In this document: piece by piece, positions 60,172 through 64,000 of the stretch
Position numbering within the stretch: position 1 is the first letter of the stretch
Layout of the letters: each line of letters starts with the position of its first letter
DNA from: Selenomonadales bacterium
Lineage (GTDB): Bacteria; Bacillota; UBA994
Length of the DNA: 64,000 nt
Assembly: GCA_018335585.1 (NCBI GenBank)
Contig: JAGXRZ010000053.1
Location: 25,189 to 89,188 of the forward strand
Reading direction: 5' to 3'
Program-made: the position numbers and the translations under genes
The notes under the pieces: model-generated
The model's database searches: none
What the model was told of the DNA's origin: nothing
Seen by the model: the letters and a program-made list of their open reading frames with translations, nothing else

Positions 60172-60687
60172 ATGCAAGTTAGCGTCAGAGGTAAGAACGT
60201 CGAGGTCACTGATGCACTACGCGACTACGTCTTCAAGAAGGTAAAAAAACTGGACAGGTATTTTGAGGGGGCGGGTGAAACCTACGCTACACTAAGCCTA
60301 GAAAAAGACCAACACCGGGTAGAAGTCACGATTGGGTTTAACGGGCTGCTACTGCGCGGCGAAGAACAAAGCGCGGACATGTACGCCTCAATCGACCTCG
60401 TGGTCGAAAAGCTTGAGAAACAGGTCGACAAGTACCGCACAAAAATTGCCCGCCGTCTGCGCACAGGGGGCAGTCCGCTCCCGGTGACCGAAGAGACGCA
60501 AGATGCGCCGAAGGTCGTGCGCAACAAGCGGTTCCCCATGAAACCTATGCATGTCGACGAGGCCATTCTGCAGATGAACCTGCTCGGGCACGATTTCTAT
60601 GTCTTCACTAACGCCGAAAGTGAGCTGGTAAACGTAGTCTACCGGCGCCGCGACGGCAACTTTGGGCTAATCGAACCACAGGTATAG
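60172..60687 (+). CDS. hpf: Ribosome hibernation-promoting factor (long form)
   Basis: MQVSVRGKNVEVTDALRDYVFKKVKKLDRYF with a C-terminal dimerisation domain. Confidence 0.9.
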   Translation: MQVSVRGKNVEVTDALRDYVFKKVKKLDRYFEGAGETYATLSLEKDQHRVEVTIGFNGLLLRGEEQSADMYASIDLVVEKLEKQVDKYRTKIARRLRTGGSPLPVTEETQDAPKVVRNKRFPMKPMHVDEAILQMNLLGHDFYVFTNAESELVNVVYRRRDGNFGLIEPQV

Positions 60688-60692
60688 AGCGG

Positions 60693-62048
60693 ATGCTCGA
60701 CGTTCTGCTGGTTAAACTTAACTACGAGGCTGTGCTCTCGGTGGACCGCGAGTTTGACCTTGGCACGGCCTACCTTGCCGCCGCATTGCGGCGGCAAGGC
60801 TATGCAGTAGAGATAATTGACGCCTCGCTCGAAGAGCTGTCCTTTGACGAAACCGTGTCCCGCATCCTCGGCAAACCGGCGGCTATCATCGGCCTCAGCG
60901 TCTGGCTGCATCGCCTAGTAGCCGCGAGCGAGCGCCTTATTGCGGAGCTTAGGCAGCGCGGCGTAAGCAGCCACATCACCGTCGGGAGTCACTCCCCGAC
61001 GTTTCTCTATGCCGAACTACTGGAGCACAATCCTGGGCTCGACTCTGTAGTGTGTGGCGAGGGCGAGTGGACGTTGCAGGAGCTAACCGAGCGCGTCTGC
61101 CACAATAAACCCTGGCACGACATTCCCGGTTTAGCCGTGCGCACTGACGGCAGAGTAGTTCTTAAAGTGCGGCCGGCTGTATGCGAGCTTGACGAGTTAG
61201 CGCCGCCTGCGCTCGACTATCTTCCCCACATTAAGCAGCGCGGGCAGTTTATGTCTATACTTACGAGTCGCGGCTGCTACGGCAAGTGCACGTTCTGTAG
61301 CACCAGTCCCTTTTACCGTGCCGGGGGAGGGAAGCCTTGGCGTGCCCATAGCCCCGAGCGTGTCCTAAGCGAAATTGCGGCCCTGTACAGAGAAGGCATA
61401 AGGCACTTCGGCTGGCGCGACGACAACTTTATCGGGCCGGGGCGGGTAGGGCGGGAACGCGCGCGAAGGATTGCCGAGCTCATCATAGAACACAAGCTTC
61501 GGCTCTCATTCTACATGGCTTGTCGCGTAGACGACGTGGAGCGCGAGCTTTTTGCCCTGCTTAAACAAGCCGGACTAAAGCGCGTGTTTCTCGGTGTAGA
61601 GTCGCTCTCCCCGCGACGCCTAGCCGCCTTTAATAAGCTGGCGACGGTAGAAGACAACGAAAAAGCCATGCGCATCCTCGGGGAACTGCAGATACCTTAT
61701 ACCTTGGGTTACATAATGCTGTCGCCGGACACCACTTGGGCAGAATACCGCGAAAGCAGCACGCGCTTAGCAGAGGTGCAGCGCAGCATACCCGGCGCGG
61801 CCGACGCTCTGCAGGACGCCTACAGCGCGGTGGAAATATTGCCGGGGACGGCTATTGCCAGAGAACTGCGCGAGAATAAGCGCCTGTCTGGAGACCACCG
61901 GGCGTACCGCTATCGGTTCGAGGACCCGCGCGTAGCGTTGTTGCACGGCGCGGTCACGACTTTGCGCGCTCTGACGCGGCCGTTAGCGCGAAAAATCGCG
62001 GCAGCGGTACGCGAGGACCGCCGCCGGGAGTTAAGGAGTGAGGATTAA
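60693..62048 (+). CDS. B12-binding-domain radical SAM protein (class B-like)
   Basis: N-terminal B12-binding Rossmann-like region; CYGKCTFCS CxxxCxxC cluster. Starts 6 bp after hpf. Confidence 0.75.
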   Translation: MLDVLLVKLNYEAVLSVDREFDLGTAYLAAALRRQGYAVEIIDASLEELSFDETVSRILGKPAAIIGLSVWLHRLVAASERLIAELRQRGVSSHITVGSHSPTFLYAELLEHNPGLDSVVCGEGEWTLQELTERVCHNKPWHDIPGLAVRTDGRVVLKVRPAVCELDELAPPALDYLPHIKQRGQFMSILTSRGCYGKCTFCSTSPFYRAGGGKPWRAHSPERVLSEIAALYREGIRHFGWRDDNFIGPGRVGRERARRIAELIIEHKLRLSFYMACRVDDVERELFALLKQAGLKRVFLGVESLSPRRLAAFNKLATVEDNEKAMRILGELQIPYTLGYIMLSPDTTWAEYRESSTRLAEVQRSIPGAADALQDAYSAVEILPGTAIARELRENKRLSGDHRAYRYRFEDPRVALLHGAVTTLRALTRPLARKIAAAVREDRRRELRSED

Positions 62049-63153
62049 CTTGCGCATTGCGGCGGTAATCTTTGAGGGCGGTGCGCCGCGCCACGCCGTC
62101 GTGCGGGAGCTCACGCGCGTGCGCCACGGCGTGGTGCTAGATACCATCGCCAAGCTCTCGGCGGCGCCCCGCGTGGACGAGATAATTCTCTGCACTAACT
62201 ACCCGCAGCTTGCCGAGGAAGCGGCCGCGCTTGGGGCTAGAGTGGTTGCAGATTCATCTCCGTTTCACTTTGGCCGAGCCTTGCAGAAAATAGTGCGCGA
62301 AGCGCAGTGTGACGGCATAATTTACCTTGGCGGCGCGGCGGCTCCGCTCCTTTCCGTGGCCGAGTTTGACCAACTAGCCGAGGGCTTGCGCGCCCGTGCA
62401 CCTGTGGTTATTACGAACAACCCGCAATCTGCCGACATTGTGGCTTTTGCCCCGGCGGATGCGCTTTTGGCACTCTCTCCGCCGGAAAACGACAATGCCC
62501 TGGCCACATTGCTTAAAACGGGTGGCCTGACGCGCGAGTTTATGCCGCACTCCGTCGGCGTGCACTTTGACTTAGACACGCCAAACGACGCTTTGGTGCT
62601 GTCCCTTTCGCCACACACAGGCGAACGCACCCAGGCGGCACTGCAGGAACTAACCTGGGACAGCGCGCGCCTCACGCAGGCTATAACCCGCATGCGCGCT
62701 ACACACTGCGAGTGCGCGCTTATCGGCCGCGTCAGCCCAGCGGTAATGGCCCACCTTAACCGGCATACGTTTTTGCGCCTGCGGGTTTTCTCGGAGGAGC
62801 GCGGCATGAAAGCGCTCGACCGCGAAGCGCAAGGCCTGGTCGTGAGTCTGCTTGGGCACTACCTCGCAGCGGTTGGGCCGCGCCGCTTCTTTGCCGACCT
62901 AAGCCAGACCGCAGATGTCGCCTTTATCGACACGCGCGTGCTCTTTGCGCACTTTAAGCTAAAGTTAAGCGAGGACGTGCGCTTTCTTTCTGACCTTGGC
63001 AGATACGAAGAAATATCTCACCCTTGGCTGCGGGAGTTTACCCAAGCGGCGGCAGAGGCCGGCATCCCGGTCGTCTTAGGCGGCCATTCCCTGGTCTCCG
63101 GGTGCATGTGGGTTGTGGCCGAGCATTTAGCCTGCCGTAATGAAAATTCTTAA
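62038..63153 (+). CDS. Hypothetical protein with an N-terminal GT-A/MobA-like nucleotidyltransferase-type fold
   Basis: AAVIFEGGAPRHAV...VLDTIAKLSAAPRVDEIIL resembles NTP-transferase glycine-rich and Asp motifs. Overlaps the rSAM gene by 11 bp. Confidence 0.35.
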   Translation: MRINLRIAAVIFEGGAPRHAVVRELTRVRHGVVLDTIAKLSAAPRVDEIILCTNYPQLAEEAAALGARVVADSSPFHFGRALQKIVREAQCDGIIYLGGAAAPLLSVAEFDQLAEGLRARAPVVITNNPQSADIVAFAPADALLALSPPENDNALATLLKTGGLTREFMPHSVGVHFDLDTPNDALVLSLSPHTGERTQAALQELTWDSARLTQAITRMRATHCECALIGRVSPAVMAHLNRHTFLRLRVFSEERGMKALDREAQGLVVSLLGHYLAAVGPRRFFADLSQTADVAFIDTRVLFAHFKLKLSEDVRFLSDLGRYEEISHPWLREFTQAAAEAGIPVVLGGHSLVSGCMWVVAEHLACRNENS

Positions 63154-63218
63154 GTCCACAAGGAGTCCTGCGTGCAAAGGCGAATACAATTAGAAGTCTG
63201 TCTTGAAAGAGGTGTGCG

Positions 63219-63851
63219 ATGAGTAAAGAGCGGAGTTTAGCAATTGAGGAACTGGTGTGTTCCCTGCAGGGGGTAGACTCAGCGCGGGCTGTGCTAGACC
63301 CAAACGGTGAGATTACCGAACTGCATATTCTCAGCGACCAGAGCCGTAATCCGCGCCTCATCGTGCGTGACACCGAGACTTTACTGCTTGTGCGCATGGG
63401 TATTAACGTGGATCACAAGCGCATTAGCGTCGTGCAATTTGCCGAGCGCCCCGAGGCCGAGGTCAAGCGCATTAGCCTGCGCGGCATAAGCTACAAGCTT
63501 AACCGCGGCGCGGCCGAAGTAGGGGTCACCCTGACACTCGGGGACAAACAAGCTGAGCATACGGCCTCCGGGCCCAATTCGCTGCAAAACCAGCTGCGCC
63601 TTGTCGCAAACGCCACCGTAGGCGCGCTGCGCGAGCTTTTGGGCAACATGGTAGGCTTTGTGGTCGAGGACGTCACGCAGTTTCCCTTTGCGCGTGGCGA
63701 GGTTGTGGTAGTAGGTGTTTCCGTGGTAAGCGGCACCGGCGAGGAGACGCTAGTCGGCTCCGCCTTTGTGCGGAGCGACGCCAAAGAGGCAGTCGTCAAA
63801 GCGACGCTCGACGGCGTCAACCGCCGCTGCCAGCGCTACTTCGGTACATAA
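63219..63851 (+). CDS. Hypothetical protein, possibly two ~100-aa repeats; family not recognised
   Basis: ORF with a good start context; unknown fold. Confidence 0.3.
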   Translation: MSKERSLAIEELVCSLQGVDSARAVLDPNGEITELHILSDQSRNPRLIVRDTETLLLVRMGINVDHKRISVVQFAERPEAEVKRISLRGISYKLNRGAAEVGVTLTLGDKQAEHTASGPNSLQNQLRLVANATVGALRELLGNMVGFVVEDVTQFPFARGEVVVVGVSVVSGTGEETLVGSAFVRSDAKEAVVKATLDGVNRRCQRYFGT

Positions 63852-64000
63852 GTTTTTCACAGGTTTTCGTTTTGGGGGGGCGAAACACAATCAATCTACA
63901 AGCGGAGCGGTGGCCTGTCCGGATTTTAGCGGAGTGGGACAGAGTCAGCACGCAAGGAGGTCTTGGTTGTGAAAAAGGTTATGCGCATTGTCGCTCGTTT

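Noticed and set aside
63968-64000. Possible start of another gene (SD AAGGAGG followed by GTG AAA AAG GTT ATG...) at the window end
   Set aside because: Only ~10 codons are visible, which is too little to call.

Overview
This is a ~60% GC chromosomal window from an endospore-forming Firmicute (Clostridia-like). It is almost entirely core, syntenic genes. On the minus strand: the 5' end of cse1 and an intact cas3 (type I-E; the rest of the locus and any CRISPR array lie beyond the window start). On the plus strand: a two-component system with an RND exporter; the Bacillus/Clostridium-type block tsaC(ywlC)-ywlE-rpiB-glyA-upp-dCMP deaminase-wecB; a complete nine-gene V/A-type ATPase operon (G/H-I-K-E-C-F-A-B-D) sitting where the F-type atp operon usually lies; ywmB-like-murA; a membrane protein containing a recent internal tandem duplication; spoIID and a SpoIIQ-like degenerate LytM protein; and a DUF438/hemerythrin-like protein. 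On the minus strand: a fatty-acid synthesis operon (fabH-fabK-fabD-fabG-acpP-fabF plus a second NPD-family oxidoreductase) driven by a consensus sigma-A promoter that overlaps a 35-bp perfect palindrome. Then a ~3.7-kb accessory insertion (Schlafen/AlbA_2-type ATPase and a fused ABC exporter, each bounded by copies of a 34-bp hairpin repeat), followed by spoIIID-mreB/mbl-fabZ, phoP-phoR-pstSCAB-phoU with Pho boxes, udk, tdk, a PhnE-like permease remnant, a CPBP protease, degV, a membrane protein immediately upstream of metK, nhaC, recD2-comFC-csp-hpf, and an hpf-linked B12-binding radical-SAM cluster. The most unusual feature is a family of composite arrays of 7-bp tandem repeats (STRR-like) at five intergenic loci. 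Two of these arrays run into the 3' ends of wecB and metK and give both proteins the same C-terminal tail. Coordinates that I derived myself, rather than taking from the ORF track, may be off by 1-2 bp.
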